Source: Candidatus Gribaldobacteria bacterium (GTDB lineage: Bacteria; Patescibacteriota; Minisyncoccia; Minisyncoccales; CG1-02-41-26). Taken from it: a stretch of DNA of 46,285 bases. Location of the stretch: positions 1-46,285 of the forward strand of contig JAPLWE010000064.1 of NCBI GenBank assembly GCA_026396705.1, given 5' to 3'. Below are positions 44,625 through 46,285 of this stretch, piece by piece. Numbering within the stretch: position 1 is the stretch's first letter; each line of letters opens with the position of its first letter. The notes under the pieces were generated by a model, which searched no databases, was not told the origin of the DNA, and worked only from the letters and a program-made list of their open reading frames with translations. The position numbers and the translations under genes are program-made.

Positions 44625-46285
44625 ATGAATACAAAAATAAAACAATTCGGGGTGGGGGTTTTGGCGGTATGTACTATGTCGGCTAGTTTTGGGTCGCCGG
44701 TGATGACATGGGCAGAGGGTAGTCAGAATAGTTTGCTGACGGTTTTAGAGCCGAGTAATTCGGCGAAGCCGTTGGTTTTGGATTTGAAAGACGGTTTGGA
44801 TGCGCAAAAGTTAATTGGAGAGCAATCTTTGGGTGAGGGCAAGCAGACCAGCGCGCTATCTGCGCCTGAGGCAAAGGTGAAATCATTTTCTCAAAAAACT
44901 TTGGAAAAATCAGGGTTTGAAACATCTGGCTTTGCGGTTTCTTCGGTTATTACTAACCCGATAATCACTGGTATTAGCTGGCTCAAGAATAATCAAAACA
45001 CCCCAGGCAGTTGGGGCCAAAACAGCCGAACCGCGCTGGTAGACACGGCTACGGTTTTGTCGGCTTTCCATTGCATTGCCGAGCCAACTTCCTCTGTTGC
45101 CTACCAAAACGCCCTTGATTGGTTTAACTTAACTTATCCGGAAAACTCTGGCTATTTAGCGGAAAAAACAATCGCTTTGGCGCAAGCTGGGCAAGATGTT
45201 GTTTCTTTGTCGGAATTTTTGGCTGGCCAAATCAATGAAAAAGATTTTGGTTTTGGCTATCAAAGAAATTATCAAAGCGATATCACCATCACCGCCAAGG
45301 CGCTGAAAGCTGTTACTGCGTCCAACTATATTGACCCGGGCAGTGATGCAACCTACACCTTGCGTTCAACCTTGTATTATCTTTTGCTGTCGCAAAATCC
45401 GGATGGGGGCTGGCCCAAAACCAGAGGCGGCCAAAGCGATGTCAAAACCACTGTTTTGGTTTTGGAGGCGTTTCAGCCATATCAAGATTTTGTTTTGGGG
45501 GGCACGCCTCAAGGCGAGATTATTATTCAAACCAAAATTGATTTGGGCCTAAATTATTTGAAGAATACACAAAGCGTCAACGGCAGTTGGCAAGATATTG
45601 AGGGCACAGCCCAGGTTTATAACATAATGCTGAATTACGGGCAATATCCAAATTACAATCAGGCGGCTCTTGATTATTTAACCTCGTCCCAATCAGCTGA
45701 CGGCAGTTTTAGCGAAAATAGCTATTTAACCGCCACTGCCCTAAAAACCATCGCCAAGCCGGACATGGCTATAACTAATATCCAAAATATTTCCGCTACC
45801 TTGCCCAACCAACCCGCCACTGTGGAGATTACCATTGCCAATCTTGGATATTTCAAATCCCAGCCAATTAATTTTAGGGTCGAGCCGCACGCTCTCCACT
45901 TAACTGTTGATGGCAAAGAAATACCTCTGCAATATGAAGCAGGTAATCCCGAGAGTATTATTTTTGAAGAAAATTCTACCATAGCTTTACAGGTTATTCT
46001 GTTAAATTTAGCTTACGGCGCCCACACCGTAAAATTTTCAGTGGATTATGTAGGAGCAGAGTTTGATAAAACCAACAATCAAAAAAGCGCGTCGTTGATG
46101 TTTGATAATCCGGTGTTCACCGGGCCCGAGCCGCCAACCTGGGCGGGCGCCCAAACAAGCGCGCTTGCCAATAAAATCACTACTGTTTGGAAGCCCAGCA
46201 ACAATCCCGCTACCACCCATTATTATTTATTTTTAGGGCCATCAGCCGGAAATTACACTCAATATTTTGATATTCCCAGCGCCTA
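44625..46285 (+). CDS. Large secreted protein with prenyltransferase/squalene-cyclase-type QW repeats, CARDB and FN3 domains (runs off window)
   Basis: Hand-translated frame from ATG 44625 with no stop found. Signal peptide MNTKIKQFGVGVLAVC..TWA; GISWLKNNQNTPGSWG, YLLLSQNPDGGWP, LNYLKNTQSVNGSW, LDYLTSSQSADGSF; CARDB (PDMAIT..VEITIANLG..KTNN); FN3 (PEPP..ITTVW..YYLF.G). Absent from the ORF track because it has no stop. Confidence 0.85.
   Translation, partial: MNTKIKQFGVGVLAVCTMSASFGSPVMTWAEGSQNSLLTVLEPSNSAKPLVLDLKDGLDAQKLIGEQSLGEGKQTSALSAPEAKVKSFSQKTLEKSGFETSGFAVSSVITNPIITGISWLKNNQNTPGSWGQNSRTALVDTATVLSAFHCIAEPTSSVAYQNALDWFNLTYPENSGYLAEKTIALAQAGQDVVSLSEFLAGQINEKDFGFGYQRNYQSDITITAKALKAVTASNYIDPGSDATYTLRSTLYYLLLSQNPDGGWPKTRGGQSDVKTTVLVLEAFQPYQDFVLGGTPQGEIIIQTKIDLGLNYLKNTQSVNGSWQDIEGTAQVYNIMLNYGQYPNYNQAALDYLTSSQSADGSFSENSYLTATALKTIAKPDMAITNIQNISATLPNQPATVEITIANLGYFKSQPINFRVEPHALHLTVDGKEIPLQYEAGNPESIIFEENSTIALQVILLNLAYGAHTVKFSVDYVGAEFDKTNNQKSASLMFDNPVFTGPEPPTWAGAQTSALANKITTVWKPSNNPATTHYYLFLGPSAGNYTQYFDIPSA

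Noticed and set aside
44683..46220. Short ORFs listed at the right end, suggesting a degraded region
   Set aside because: They are shadows of one long plus-strand frame starting at 44625 that runs off the window.
1..46285. Prophage, tRNA or rRNA genes
   Set aside because: No phage structural, terminase or integrase genes and no cloverleaf or rRNA-like segments were recognised. LexA, DinD and the AntA-like fragment alone do not indicate a prophage.

Overview
Chromosomal segment of a small-genome, AT-rich bacterium. The gene style (few Shine-Dalgarno sites, near-leaderless sigma70 promoters, Pif1, DinD, AAA_14/DUF4143 genes) suggests Patescibacteria/CPR, but that assignment is an inference. 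From left to right the window holds six blocks. (1) The 3' end of obgE, then an MvaI/BcnI-family endonuclease convergent with a LexA repressor fused to an m4C methyltransferase, and a DUF5677/HEPN-like gene. (2) typA and a Pif1-like helicase, transcribed from back-to-back promoters. (3) A 10.8-kb type I R-M defence locus: HTH-fused hsdM, an NYN nuclease gene broken by a TGA and faced by a predicted small RNA, dinD, a HEPN-like gene, hsdS, an AAA-DUF4143 ATPase, hsdR and an M48/YgjP protease. (4) A divergent infA, Glu dehydrogenase, a HAD hydrolase, a P1B-ATPase with an atypical CADD site, an esterase plus acyl-CoA ligase, a methyltransferase, a second AAA-DUF4143 gene and NUDIX genes. (5) A degenerate FGGY kinase and a low-GC oxidoreductase / kinase-CYTH / Ldh_2 operon. 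(6) A secreted transglutaminase-like protein with an apparently swappable DPBB tip, five or six low-GC membrane-anchored genes, and a large QW-repeat/CARDB/FN3 protein running off the window. No rRNA, tRNA, CRISPR array, integrase or transposase was seen. The best candidates for undescribed systems are the LexA-MTase R-M pair, the transglutaminase polymorphic-effector locus, the NYN/small-RNA pair, and palindromic DinD-type micro-cassettes.
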